Origin: Lama guanicoe
Lineage: Eukaryota
Direction of reading: 5' to 3'
Assembly (NCBI GenBank): GCA_013239625.1
Contig: MU053881.1
Span: 14,064,373 to 14,128,372, forward strand
DNA: 64,000 nt
Every line of letters starts with the position of its first letter. Position 1 is the stretch's first letter. A model generated the notes under the pieces. It did no database searches. It was not told the origin of the DNA and saw only the letters and a program-made list of their open reading frames with translations. Shown piece by piece: positions 22,691-36,834 of this stretch. Made by a program: the position numbers and the translations under genes.

Positions 22691-23934
22691 ACTACTAATT
22701 TGCTCACTCTTGGCTTGCTGCTGCTTGTTGCATTTGACCCTGGTGATGGCAGTTGACAGGCTCACCACCCACAGGCTCTTCTAGCATATTCCTAGGCAAG
22801 GAGAGACTGCCAGAAACCACGGCTGAAGGCAGCTCGCGGCTGAATCAGGATTAGGATCCACGCCTCTGACCTCAGTCTAGTTTCCTTCCCACTCGTGGAA
22901 TGGGAGAGCTCTTACAGGGACTGCACCCAGCCTCCCCCGGACCCCCTAGGGACGCAGGATATGTTGACTAATGGCATTCACAGGGTGAGAGGCATTAGAT
23001 GATTCCGTGTAGCCATTCTGTTTGCTAAATTTACAGAAGCGTTTCTGCAGAGCTATTTGTCTCTCCACCTTTTTCTAGCTCTTCAGGGTAAGAGTGTTCA
23101 GCCGCTGACAGCTGGTGATGCGCCAACCCGGCGAACAGTTCATAATGCGTGACTGCTTCCAGAAGAGCCGTTTGTACGAGCCTGGGAGAGGGCTCGGTCC
23201 ACTAACGGAGGCAGCAGGGGCTGCCTGCAAAATAAACGTGCAACTTCTTAAAGCTCAATATTGTACATTGAATAGCTCCCTCATGGAGGCTGGGGCGAGG
23301 GCAGTGAGGATTGAGGAGGGCGTTTCTGTTCCGTGAGTTTATAAAGTCCCATGGAGATGGGAGCCGAGTCAGTTAGAGAGCTGTCAAGGGATGGGGACCT
23401 CTTGAAGCAGACCAGTGACATGTTGGGGATGGAGGTCAGGCAAAGGTCTAAAGACCTTCACCACTGTTACTGCTCCCGTAGAACTCAGCTGGGAAAACAT
23501 AAATAGTGCAGGAACTCTTGATATTCCAGCGCTTCCTGTACTTGGCAGTTGCTGAAGTCATTGAGTCACTCGAGGACAGGCGGTGCCAAGGTATCATTGC
23601 CTAATTCAGCGTCCGTCTTGGGTTGAGGCCACAGGTCATACTGTAATGATTACACAAGTGAAGAAAAATCAATCTAGTACGAGGATCGTTTGATATTAGG
23701 GGAAAAAAGGAATAAAAGCCCAGAGGTGAACCCAGTAGCCCTTCGGGTATTTGAAAGAACTCTCAAGGAAAAGATGACAGTTTTTTTCTCCATGGTTCCC
23801 GAGAGCAGAGCCAAAGCCAATAAGCAGAGGTCATGGCGAGATGACCCACTTTGAAGGCAGGGGTGAAATCTGGACCCGCTCATCTTTGCTACAATTTCAA
23901 AGGCTCTTGCCTGTCTTACCTGTCAGAGTTTTTT

Positions 23935-26900
23935 CCCCCCAGCTTTATTGGGGTGTAATTTGAACATAACAAAACTTATCCAGTTTAGCTGTACAGTCTG
24001 ACTTTTAATAAATTGCGTATAGTTTTGTATCCTTTACCACCATGAAGACATAGGACATTTCTGCACCACCAAAAGTTCCCTTGTACCCAGGCTCCTCTGC
24101 AGCCAGTCCCTTCCTCCTAACCTTGGTCATTGGGAACCGCTGATCAGCTTTTTGTCGCTATGGTGTTCCCTTTTTTGAAATTGCATATAAATGGAATCAG
24201 ACAATATGGAGCAGTCTTTTGTGTTTGACTTCTTTTACTCAGCATTTTTCTGAGATGCCATCATCTTTTTATGGTTATCAGTCCACAGTGTCAATAGATG
24301 ACAACTTTCTGTCTATTCACCTGTTGTGACAGACATTTCAGTGGTTTCCAATTTTTGACTCTTACGAATAATGTTACTATACATTCAAGTCTTTGAATGA
24401 ACACATGTTTTCTTTTCTGCTGGGTGAGTGCCAGAAGTGGGATTGTAGGATTTTATGGTAAATGTCTGTTTACCTTTACAAGGAACTGCCTAACTGGTTT
24501 TTAAGCCACCTGGCCACTTTTGCACTGGTATTGGCACTTTATGAGAGTCTCCATTATTCCAAATTCTTCCCAACATTTGCTATTCTCATTCTTTTTAATT
24601 TTAGCCAACTTAATATATGTGTGTAAATGGTTTTAATTTGCATTTCTCTGATACCTAATGGTGTCAAACATGTTTACTTGTGCTTATTGGCCATTCATTT
24701 TATCTTCTTTTCTGAAGTGTCTGTTCATACACTTTGTCCACTTTCTAAATTAGGTTGCTTCTCTTATTGTAACTGAGTTTTAAATCCTCATTTACAGAAA
24801 GAGTTCTTTATATATTCTTGATACACCCCTTTGCTAGATATAAGTTGTACAAATATTTCCTGTAATAGTATGGCTTGCCTTTTGGTTTTCTCTGAATATG
24901 TTTTTTTAAAACACAAAAGATGTTACTCTGGCTGTTAATCTAGTTTATGAATAAATTTCTTTTATAGTTGGTGCTTTTGGAGTCCTAAGAAAATTTACCT
25001 AGCCCAGGATCACAAAGATCATGTCCTACTTTCTCGTGGGGGATTTTGTCACTGTTGTTTTAGCTCTTACAGTTTGGTCTATGATCCATTTCAAATTAAT
25101 TTTCATGTATAGTGTAAAGTGGTAGTCAAGGTTTATTCTTTTTCCACATGGATATCCAACGATTCTAGCACCAGTGGTCGGAGAGACTATGCTTTCCCCA
25201 TTGCATGACCTTGGCGTCTTCATCAGAATCAATTGACTGCATATGGGTCTGTTTCTAGGTTTTCTGTCCTGTTCTTTATCTGTCTCTATGTACGCCAATA
25301 CTACACTGTCTTAATTGTATTATATAGTTACATTCACAGAAAGTCTTGAAATCAGGCAGCATAGGTCCTTCAAACTTGATCTTTTTCAAGATCGTTTTGG
25401 TTATTCCGGGCCTTTTGCACTTTCAGAGAAATTATTAAATTAACTTGAAGAAATTAACAGTTTCTTCAAAAAAAAGTCTGGTTCTGATTTTGGTTGAATT
25501 GACTCTATACATCAACTTGGGGAGAATTCCATCCTGACAATATTAAGTGTTCCAATCCATGAACATTGTATAGCTCTTCATTAATTTAGATATTCTTTAA
25601 TTTCTCTCAGCAATGGTACCAGTGTATAGGTCTTTCATTATGTTTTTTCTTAGTATTTTATGGCATTAGAAATAGGTTTGTAAATTTATTTTTCAGTTGT
25701 TCATTGATAATACACAGAAATACAATTAACTTTTGCATGTTAATTGCATATATATATATGATGCATATATATATGATCATATTATATGCAAATAAAGACA
25801 TTTTTATATCTTGCTTTTAAATCTCAGTGGCTTTTAATTATTTTTCTTGCTTTATTGAACTCCCTAGCTAATACAGTATTGAATAAAACTTGTGAGAATG
25901 GATATCCTTGCCTTGTTTCTGATCTTAGGGGGAAGTTTCAGACTTCTACTGTTGAGTATAATATTAGTAGTAAAGTTTGTATGGATGTCTTTATTGGGTT
26001 GAGGATCTCATCTCTTCCTAGTTTGCTGAGAGTTCTTATCATAAACATAAGCTGAATTTCATCAAGTATTTTTTCTGTGTCTACTGAAATTATCCTGTGG
26101 GTTTTCTCATTTGTTCAATTAATATGGTGAGTCAAATTGATTTTGTATGTTAAATCTAAACTTGACCTCCTGGAATAAATCCTAATTGGTTGTAATACAC
26201 TGCCCTTTTTATATATTACTGGATTTTATTTGCTAATATTTTGTAAAGGATTTTTAACTTATGTTCATGAAGAATATTGGTATGTAGCTTCCTTTTCTTG
26301 TGCTGTCCTTGCCTGGTAATACTGGACTTAGAAAATGATTTGAAAAGAGTCCCGGTGTCTTCTCTTTCCTAAAGGAGTTTGTGTCAGATTGGTCTTATTT
26401 TTCCTTAAATGTTAGATAGACTCCACCTGTGCACCTTCCTGTGCCTTGTTCTTCTTTGAAGGAGATGTTTACTTTAATTCAAATTTTAATTGATGTAGGA
26501 TTATTCATTTTTTCCTGTTCCTTCTTGTGTCCATTTTGATTATTTATGCCTTTCAAAGGATTTGTCCATTTTAGTTGTCAAAATTTATTCATCATAAAGT
26601 TCACAATATTCCCTTATTATGCTTCCATGTATGTAGATGTGTAGTGCTTAGTGATACTGATATTTTGTATATCTTTTCCTCTTGAGCAATCAAATCAAGT
26701 ATATCAATTTTATTGATCTTTTGGTTTCATTTATTTATTTTTGCTGTTTTGTGTCCAATTTTATTTTATTGCCTTCTATGCTTATCTTTATTGTCTTCTT
26801 CTTTCTATTATGTTGAGTTTAATTTGGTCTTTTTCTAATTTTTTGAGGTAGAAACCTAGGTCCTTGATTTTTAGGTCTGTTTTCTTTTTTTAATATCAGC

Positions 26901-29660
26901 ATTGAATGCAATAAATACCTCCAGAAGGTAGAAACCTAAATCTTTGGGGTTTTTTAGATTTTTTTTTCTTTTTTAATGTAAGCATTGAATGCTATAAATA
27001 TCTCCTTAAGCACTCATTTAGCTGAATCTCACAGATTTTGATGTTTTACTTTAATTATCATTTAGTTTGAAATATTTTTTACTTCTTTTTTGATTTCTTC
27101 TTTAGCCCACAAACTATTTAGAAGCACATTGTTTAATTTCCAAATACTTGAGACTTCGCTGAACACCTTATTCCTACTGCTCTGTAATGTAATTCCATTG
27201 TGGTCAGAGAACGTACTCTGTATGATTTTAGACTTTGAAGACTTACTGAGATTTATTTTACAGCCTAACATATTCTGGTGAACACGTGCCCTTGAAAAGA
27301 ATGTGTATGCTAGCAAATGTTAGGTGTAGTTCTATAAATGTCAGTCAGATAAACTTGATTGATAATAGTGTTCAGATCTTCTATGTCTTTACTGATTTTT
27401 TTGTCTATTTCTACCAGTTGCTGAAAGAAAGCTATTAAATCTCCAACTGTAATTGTGGAATTGTGTATGTTTCTTTTATGGGATTATTTGCTTCTCAAGG
27501 TCTGTTTCATACAAACACACACACATGATTGTCATGTTTTCCTAATGCAGTGATCTTCTCAACCTTATGAAATTTCTCTCCTGATCTTTGTCTTGAAATC
27601 TCTTTTTCCCTTCATATTAATACAGCTACTCCAGGGTTTTTCCTGCTTACCATTTGTGTAGTATATCTTTTCCCATCCATTTACTTTCAGACTATTTGTG
27701 TATTTTTATCTCATTTTAAATTTTATTTCTGTTTATTTTTAATTCATTGATTTTTACCCATTCTGACAAATTCTGCATTTTAATTAGAGTGTTCAATTCC
27801 TTAATATTTAATGTAATTTTTATATGGCTGTGTTTTAGTGTACTGTTTTGTTATTTATATTCAACTTGCCTCATCTGGTTTGGTTTTGCTGTTGTTCTGT
27901 TTCTGAAAATTTGGGGATTATTTTAATACTGTTTAAAATTTCATTTTATTTCTTCTCTCTCTCATTTTATTTTTTTTTTTAGCTACACTTTTTCAGCTTT
28001 TTTTCGTGGTTTTTCTAGGTCTTAAAAAATACGAATCCTTAACTTTTAGTGGTCTACCTAGAGTTAATGTGTATCGCTTCACATAAAAGGTAAAAGCTTT
28101 GAAATCATGTAATTCTATTTATTCTCCTATTTCCATCTTTATGCTATTGTTATATTTACTACATCTACTTATGTAAAAATCTCAGAAGGCAATGCTGTTG
28201 TGTTTTCTTTACAGAGGCACATGTGTTATAAACAAATTAAGAAGAAAGAGGCAAAAAATAGTCTTTTTCACATTTACATAGATATTTACCACTTCTGACA
28301 CTTTTTATTCCTTTCTGGGGATTTGAGTTTCCATCTGGTATCATTTTGCTTTAACCTGAGGAAGTTCCTTTAGTGTTTCTTATAGTGCAGATCTGGTAGC
28401 AACAAATCCTCATAGTCTTCTTTTATCTGAAAATGCCTGTTTGCCTTTATTCTTGAAGAATTATTTTTGCTGCTTATATAATTCTGTTGACTTTTTGTAA
28501 ACTCTCTAAAGATGTTTCGAACTATTCTGGCCTTTAATCATATCACCAGTCCTTTGTATATAGTGTGTCATTTTTCTCTGATTTCTCTCAAGATTTGCTC
28601 TCTTCCTTGGCTTTTCATAGTCACTGACACATGTATGTGCTTATGGCCTTTTTCATATTTATTCTGCTTGTGGTCTGTTGAGCATCTTGAATCCATAAAT
28701 ATATGACTTTTTATTAGATTCAGAAAGTTTTGGGCCACTATTTCTTTACATATTTTTATGCCCTATTCTCTCTTTTTTGTCCTTCTGGGATTCAATAACA
28801 ATAACCCTTGAGGCTCTGCTCATCTTCCCTCTGTTCTTCACATTGGATAATTTCTACTGATTCTTCTTAAAGTTCGCTTTTCCCTCTATCATTTCCATTT
28901 TTCATCTAAGTCTTTTCAGTGAATATTCTATTGCAGATATTTTATTTTTGGTTGTAGAATATTAACTTGGTGCATTTTCATTGTTCCCATAGCTGTGCTG
29001 AGATTTTTAATCTTTTTACTCATTGCAAACATGTTTTCTTTTATATCATTAAACATGGTTATAATAAATCTTTTAAATTTCATGTGTGCTAATTCTAAAA
29101 TCCTGGTCACCTTGTGCTTCATCTTAGTCAATGGTCTCTTCCTTTGAGAATTGGTCACATTTTCCTGGGCCAGATATGTTGAATATCCTGGACATTGTGA
29201 ATGTTAAGCATGGAGACTGTGGATCCCATATCTTTCTACAAGATGTAGCTTCTTTTCTTTTAACAGGAATTTAACTCAGTTAGAATTGGACGACAAACTC
29301 CTCTTCCTGGGAATCAGCTTCCATCTCAATTCAAATCTTTTTGTTTGTTTTCAGTTGATCTTCTTGGATCTGTTGCATGCATGTACACTTTAGGGGTCAG
29401 CCAGAGATGTGGAAAGACAGAACTTAAGGATTCCCTCTCTGGCTCTTTCCCTTCTAGAATTATTCCCCCTTCTTTCTACAGTGAGTATAGTTTCCCCAGA
29501 CTTAGACCTCTGGTTACCAATGCCACAAAAACAGACTTTTTTCCCACCAGCACTTCCACCAACTGCTCTTCACCAATTATGCTGGTCTCTCCGCAACACT
29601 TCCTCCACTTCTGCACCTTGTCTTTTCAGTGTTAGAATTATCTCCATTGATAGGGAAGCT
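23935..29660 (-). mobile_element. Ancient near-full-length L1 (L1MC/L1MD-like): 3' UTR, ORF2, ORF1, probable 5' UTR
   Basis: Minus ORFs: 28928-29158 is L1 ORF1-like ('RILELAHMKFKRFIITMFNDIKENM'). 27062-27316 is the endonuclease end ('YTFFS...FSDHNGI...WKLNNVLLN'). 25026-25298 is late ORF2 ('KINLKWIID'). 3' end 'cagctttattggggtgtaattt'. Confidence 0.92.
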
Positions 29661-30269
29661 TGTTAACACATAAAGTTTCGTGTTGGGCTCTACTCAAGTT
29701 AGGTTTGGCTGCACTCCATTCCTTAAGTACTCCTTTGTCATTTACACCTTTCTCTTTCTTTGTTTTTGATCTGCTCCTCATTTTGAGTGTCTTCTTTAGT
29801 GCTTCTTTGGTTATCCAGCTCCTCCCATCTAAATTCTAACTCAGGTCCCACCATGAACCCCTCATTCATTCTATTCCAAGATAACGTTGTCTCCTTTAAG
29901 TAAGATTTTCCTAGAGTTTCAGTGGTTACACCAAATGTAGTGTCTTGGATTATTATTTATCTTTTGAAGTAAAGGTGTGTTTTTGCTCACAGTTGACTTA
30001 AACTCCATGGTCACGAGAAATATGTCTTATCAATTATTTTTTGTCCCCCACAATAATTAAAGGCAGACAGATCAAGATTAGATCTAGATTCTGCTACGTA
30101 TTTACTATATATTTCTAATAATTTACTTAGCTCTGTAAATTCACTATCCTAATCTTTTAAATAGGCTTAATACCTGACTATTTTAGGGCTATTTTAGGAT
30201 ACATAGAATTATTTCCCTAGCACACTCTCCGATCTTTTTTTTTTTTTGAGTGTTTTATACCTTCTTTTT

Positions 30270-31712
30270 CTTCAAACTCCCAACACCTTATGCCACTTCT
30301 TCACTTTCAGTCAATGAATTTTTGCTTCTAATTTCACTGAGAAAACTGTGAAATCGGTAGCAATCAGGAGGAGACTTCCACACGTTTCCACCAACTAGTC
30401 TGCCTCCCTTCCTACACCTGTGCTCATTTTCTCTGTTTTTCTTCTTCGTAAAGGTCAACGCCCCATGGAAGGCAATTCCTTCACTTGTGTACTTGATGTC
30501 ATTCCTTGTTTTTCTTCTCAAGGACACTCTCTGCAATTCCTCCCTCCCTCTCTCCTAGGTCATCAGTTTTCCACCTCTGCTCAGTCATCCCCATCAACAA
30601 GCAAACATGCTGCCACAACTCCCCCCTCCTTCTTAAAACAAAATAAACTTCTCTTGATCTTACATACTTTCCATTGTCCTACTCTCTGTTCATAATTCTC
30701 AAAACTTGTCAGAACTCACTCTCTCCCTTTCCTTGGCCCCCAGTTTCTGCTAGATCAATATAATCAAGCTCTTGTATCTATCAGTATGGAGCTCTTAACA
30801 AGAACATTTCTGGTAAGAGCTCTGTATTGGCAAATCCAGTAGCCAGTTATTGCTCGTCATTCTCTACTTTCTTCACTGGCTTCCAGGATTCTGTTCTCCA
30901 GGATTCTCCTCTGACTTCATTGGCCACTCTTTTTCAGTTTCCCAGGACAGTTCTCTGTACCCACTGTATAGATGATCTCATATTACTCCATGGCTTTAAA
31001 TACTATCTACACATTGATAACTTGAAAATGTGTGTCTCCAACATAGATCTCTCTCCCAGATTTCAGATTCAAATACCCAGTTGTCTACAAGTCATTCCCC
31101 TTGGATAATTAAGAGTAATCTCAAACCTACGTATCCCAAACTGAACTACTGGCCTCATCGCCCAAGCCAGCTCTTTCCATAATCTTTCCATCTCAATATA
31201 TAATAACTCCATCTTTCCAGTTGCTTGTGTCAAATACTGCTCTCTGATCTTTGACTTCTCTTTCTATTTGCCCTACAGACAGTACATCAGGAAATGCTTT
31301 GAGCTCTTCTAAATATATCCATAATCTGACCATTTATCATCTCTATCACTAACTCACTGATCTAAACTATGATAATCTCTCAAGTGGCAGTATTATTTCA
31401 GTAATCACCCAACTGTACTTTCTAGTTCTATTCTTTGCTCCAGCTACACTGCACTCCTTGTTTTCTCAAAAATTGTAAGCATGCTTCTGCTTCAGGGCCT
31501 TATACTGGCTCCTTTTTCTTCCTGGAATTCACCTCTGCAAGATATCTCCATGACTTTACCCCTTCATTTCAAGTCTCTGTGCAAATGTCACCTTGTCCTA
31601 GAGGTCTTCCCAATATTGCTGCATAAAATAGCAACCATGCCCCCATTACCTAGTTTCCTTACTCTGCTTTATTTTGCTTCATAGCACTTATCAATCCGAA
31701 CCGTTATATAAT

Positions 31713-31766
<54 letters not shown>

Positions 31767-32000
31767 GTACATACATACTTGGGGACAAAGATTTGGTTTT
31801 GTTTTGTTTTTACTGCTGTATTCGCAGGAATACAATGCCTAGCATATAACAAGCATTTAATAAGTATTTGTTATTGGTTGGATGGATGAATAATACAAAC
31901 TGAAGTCTTATCACAGTGCCTGGAGTATAGTTAGCACTTAACAAATCATAGGTATTATTATCAGGCACTTGATAAATATGTGTTGAATGAATGAATGAAT
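30270..32000 (+). mobile_element. L2 LINE (long 3' portion, L2a-like)
   Basis: 'catggctttaaatactatctacacattgataac', 'aaatgtcacctt', terminal 'aaatatgtgttgaatgaatgaatgaat'. Confidence 0.9.
31715..31766. repeat. Compound (CT)n(CA)n microsatellite within L2
   Basis: Read directly. Confidence 0.97.
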
Positions 32001-33089
32001 TTGTCACAAGTAGCAAAAAAAAAAAAAATAGAACTTTACTGAGCCAGGATCTTGTGTCTCACCTCCTGATCACTTCACCAGATTCTCCATCCAGATGCTC
32101 TATGCCCAGGGTTCAGAAAGTCATTGCATCACGCTCATGAAAGACTCTTGTAATGTAAACTTACCCCAAGTTAAACACTTGCAAAGATGTCAGAAGCTCA
32201 CTCACCAGACTGCAACCCCTGTGCAAAGCCAAACTCACTGACAGCATCAGCCCAGGTAGGGGCATTATGACAGAAGGCTGGGTCAGGGCCACGTGGCTGC
32301 TCTGAACTTAAAGATTAGAAGCATTTTTATTCCCATGTTTTCTTGAGACCCATAAACTGCAAATGGTTGGATCATTTCATAGGTGATCTGGTTTTATGAC
32401 TTCTAATGTTTAAAATGAACTGGAAATAATAATGAAAGAGAGCATTGTTGCTTAAAAAAAAAAGTAGCTTTTACATCTTCCTTACAGGTTCTGTAGTCAC
32501 AATTAACTTTTTCCTCTGTTAAATTTCTTTGATTCTCTTACTTCAAACTAGAGAAGATGTCAAAAAGACCTTTATGAGAGAGGGTCTATGAGGTCTCAGA
32601 CAGAATCCAAAGAATGGCTGAACCCAGACCTCAGGAAGAGCAGTGCAGGTCCAGGACCTTCTCCACCAGTGCTCTGCCATTCAAGTAACCCCCTACCAAC
32701 GCCAAGATTGGGAAGAATTTGGTGACCCAGCAGATTTTGAGAATGCACTCAGGTCCAACCAACTGACTAGGGGATGGGTCATAGAACATAGAAACATGGC
32801 ATTTGAGGTAGGAGGGGTGTAATTTTCACAGGACAAAGGATAATTGGGCACATACCCTGGAAAGTGTCTAGAACACATAAGGGAGAGCAGGGGGCAAATT
32901 CAGAGGGGCCACTTTATGGGTAATGCAAACATGCGGAAAGAAAACGCCTTGCAGACTTAATCATCCAATTCAACAATGAAAAAATATTGATTTTTCCCAG
33001 CAGCTCATTCAGACTTAAGCGTATGGCAACAGCTGTGCCCGCTGCATCCAGCATGTGTCGTTATAATTCCCGCCAAGCTAGAAGAAAGC

Positions 33090-33230
33090 GCCTTAGGAAG
33101 CCAAAGAATTAATTTCCATTCTTGTTGTGTGGTCTTGGGCTTAGGACTTACTCTTTATTCGCCTCAGTTTCCTCATCTATGAAATGGGGAGAGTTGTACT
33201 TTCCCACGCAGAGTAGGAATGAAGTGAGAT
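33090..33230 (+). mobile_element. MIR SINE fragment
   Basis: 'tgtgtggtcttgggc...gcctcagtttcctcatctatgaaatgggga'. Confidence 0.8.
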
Positions 33231-34614
33231 GGGGTGGGGGGCAGTGCACCTCGCCTTTTCGGACCCTCACACTCTGTGTCTCTAAAAGAAGGGCAGATGT
33301 GCCCATCGTGGGCTTCATCGGCGTGGAATGATTTATACAAAGCACTGCACATAGGGCCTCACAGTGCTGGGGCTTCAGACTCTGCTTAAAAAGTGTGTAT
33401 AAGTCATGGTGCTGTGAAAAATGTAAAATACCTACAGGTGCGCGCTGACTTTTTTGTTTTACTGTGGTCACTGTGACTATTAGGAGCATCACCATGGGTT
33501 CAAGGAAGCGCAATAGACACAGTAGAAAATGAAGAAAGTACAGCTTCAGAGCGTGGTCTCAGCCATCCTTCTGCAAACACTTCCTGGCTACCAAGTGAAA
33601 TAATAATGCTGTGACCTGACAGACAGGGCCATTTGTTCTCCAGTCTCTGTCTCCCCACCCCCATCTCTTGCCCCTTCTCTCCTGTTCCTGCCACTCCCCC
33701 AGCATCCTTCATCTCCCAGGCTCCCAGGCTGGGGGCCAGTCCCCCAGCACACCCTGGACTTAAAACCTCTGTGCCTCCATTCTTGCCCTTTCTTGTCTTG
33801 GAAGGACCCTTTGGCCAGTCTCTACCCATTGAAATTCTCATTTCCAGTTCAGTAAAACTTCCTCTGAGCCCCCTTATCGCAGCCACTGCTGTTGTGCTAT
33901 TTGTTCACTCCTTCGAACTTTGCTGGTCTGTCTGCTCATAGTTAGTCCTGGGCTTATTTAGAACGTTCTTTGAAGTTGTTCACGTGACCCAACATCCCAC
34001 CCCCTTAGGGCAGGACTGGGTCATAATTATCTTTGTGATCCCAGCTGCCTAGCACAGAGGCTGACGAGACGTGCAGGTGGGACACAAAAGTTGTTGGAAG
34101 GGAGGGAAGGAAGGAGGGCAGGAAGACAGAATGGTGCTCTAAACTGCCCTCCAGGGCCCCCGATCAGTGATCACAGTGTTGGCCCTGAGTTCTAACTGGT
34201 CGAGCTGCCCAGCCCAGCAAAAATATTCAGAAATTCGAAAAATAAACTTCTTCTTCTAAGCCTCTAAAGGTTTGTGACTCATTCATTCCATGCTGTCAGA
34301 ACATAGAATCCCAGATAATCTGAAGCCTTAATGGACCTAGTAATGATGTAATTCAGGGTCTCCATATCACAGATGAAAAACTGATGCCTGGAGAGATTTA
34401 ACCTCCAGCCCCAAGAGGCATTAAGCAGACAAGCGGCCGACCAAGGCTGGGATCGGGTCCCTCTGTGACCGCCGTGTCCAGACCTGCCCCTTGTTGGCTC
34501 CTACCTGTCAATCCCAGGTTCTGCTTGATTTTCACTCTCCTGGGCTTGACTCCTGACCCCTGTCCTCAGTCCCTTGCAGGCCCAGCCCAGTGTGACAGTG
34601 GGTCATTCCAGGGC

Positions 34615-35306
34615 TTGTTACTCAGATAAAGAGAAAAGAGAGGAACACAGTCCAGAAGAAAAAGCTGCCGGCACAAGGGCTGAGTGAGCCCATGAAGGCA
34701 GAGGGAACACAGTCCCTAAGCCCACCTTCCCTTCGGACACCAACTAAAGGTTTAGGGGTCCCAAGGCCACCCTCAGTGTCGATAATTCACCAGCAGGACA
34801 GAGAACTCGCTGAAAACTGCTACACTCATGGTCATGGTTTACAACAGGGAAAGGGAACAGGTTAAAATTTGCCAAGGGGTGAGATTCACAGAGCAGATTC
34901 CAGGAACGTTCCAAATGCAGAGTTTCCTTCGTCCTCTTCCCACAGAGCCGTAGACAGTGTTAACTTCCCAGCATCCATATGTGACAGAGCGCACAGAGTA
35001 TTGCCAACCAGAGAAGCTCCCAAGCCTTGTCATCCGGAGTTTTTATTGGGGCTCCATCCTGTAGACACAGCTGTCTGCCCACATGGCTGTTCCCAGCCTT
35101 CAGCCCCTCTGGACGTCGAGTTGACGCTGCATGACCCAAGGCGTCCGCCCTAAATCGTGCTGTTAGATTATCTGGCAGGACCCAACCTCCTCAGAAAAAC
35201 AGGAACGCTCCCACACATGGCCTTCCAAGGCCTTAGACATGGTTTCCCAGAAGCCAAAGGCAAACAGCAGACTTCTTTGGGGCAAGGTTAAATTCTTCAC
35301 CGCACA
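34615..35306 (-). mobile_element. MER21-family solo LTR
   Basis: 'ggggtcccaaggccaccctcagtgtcgataattcac', 'gagtattgccaaccagagaagctc', 'gagtttttattggggctccatc', ending 'gggcaaggttaaattcttcaccgcaca'. Left boundary uncertain. Confidence 0.85.
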
Positions 35307-35369
35307 GAGCCCGGCGCAGACTCCCCTCCTGACCCTCATTGCCCTCACTTCAGCAAAGCATGCTGGGAA

Positions 35370-35585
35370 ATTCATGAGCTTGGAGCCAGACAGGCCAGCG
35401 CAGCCTCTTCCATTCAGCCCTGCACGCCCTCAGCCAGCCACTCGCATCTCTGTGCCTCGGTTTTCTCCTTTGGAAACTGGAGATACAGATGCCTACCCCT
35501 TGCGGTGTTTGTAAGGATTAGAGTTAATGTTTTTCACGGACTTCCTATAATGCCGGTGTGTCGTAGGTACCTGATAAATAGCCTT
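35370..35585 (+). mobile_element. MIR SINE
   Basis: 'ttggagccagacagg...tctctgtgcctcggttttctcctttggaaactggagata...gtaaggattagag'. Confidence 0.8.
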
Positions 35586-36834
35586 TTCCCATTTTTCAGT
35601 TCTTTTTTCATCTCTCTCTCTCTCTCTCATTTGTTCTGTTTCTTTTTCCGATCTTCCATCTTTTCTCAGTAGGAGGATGTCACTTCAGTGTGTTGTGACT
35701 ACGGAAATGCCAGCCTCAAGGGAAGCAGCCTTGGGCTGCCCTGCCCCCTAGAGACGGCCCCTGACGCTGTCTGTTGGAACAAAGCTGGCTGTCCCCGGCT
35801 GGGCTACACAGAAGATAACACGTTGTAATGACTTAGCTCCACTCCAGATCTGGTGTAAATTGAAGATGAAAATGTGTTTTCCAAAAAGACTGGTGCTGTG
35901 AGAGATGCCTGGGCCTGTCTCACCTTTGGTTATGTAACAGTCTCGCCTGGGCTTCTCGGCGGGGCTCACGTGCCAGGAAACATCCCTAAGAACACACAGC
36001 CCTGCGCTCTGCACTAGTGCTCGCACAGTCCACCTACCGCACAGAGTCAAAGTCACCCAGGAGGAGCACTGACCGTGGTACAAGGCGAGGTCTTAGCGAG
36101 ACCAGAGCCGCTGTTAACCTCAGATGGCTTGTGTGGCTCTCCTGAGGCTGCCTGGAATTGTTCTGTGGTTTGGGAAAAGGCAAACCCTCCCAGCCCTGTA
36201 TTCTGTGATTGAGATCAGCCTTCCAGGTACCTTTGCGCCACAAATTGCCTTCACCTACAGAACTATAATCATGAAGAAGAAAAAGGAAAAAAAAAATCCA
36301 GTTTAGGGACTCCGTTTTCCGACGGGTGAAGATCTGAGTCACAGGTTTGCTGTTTTCTTCCCTGCGAAGCCTCTTCCCATGAATGTGGCGTTTGGAATGG
36401 TCAAAGGCAAGACGCCTGCCCGTCTCCTGCCTGACAATCCCACGATGAGCCTGTGATGTAGTTCCAGCAATTAGAGCTGCGTGAGATAAACGCTGGGGCA
36501 CTGCCGTGACTGCACCTGCTCGGTCTAGACAGAGAAGCCCCTTCTCCCAGGTCCCAGGTGTTGGTAATGTGCCGAGAGGGTGACTGACTAACCCAGGGTA
36601 ATCCGTGAAGACGGGAACAGAAGTGAATCAAAGCAAACATTTTGCTTTCTGTTCCTTCAGGCTGTTTTTGTGCCTGACCTGCCTTACTTAGCTTCAAAGC
36701 ACACTTCCCCTGTGAACATCTCTTCCTTCCTCCTCTTATTTGTAGTCATTCCTCCTCCTCCTCTTCTAGAGTGAGCATCACGTTTTCAATCTTGATTTTT
36801 TTAAATCACCAAATCAAAGGAATAGGGCCTCTCC

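Noticed and set aside
35900..36520. CpG island or promoter (also 2640-3250 and 42880-43040)
   Set aside because: CpG enrichment is mild and short by eye, with no dense GC-box promoter structure.
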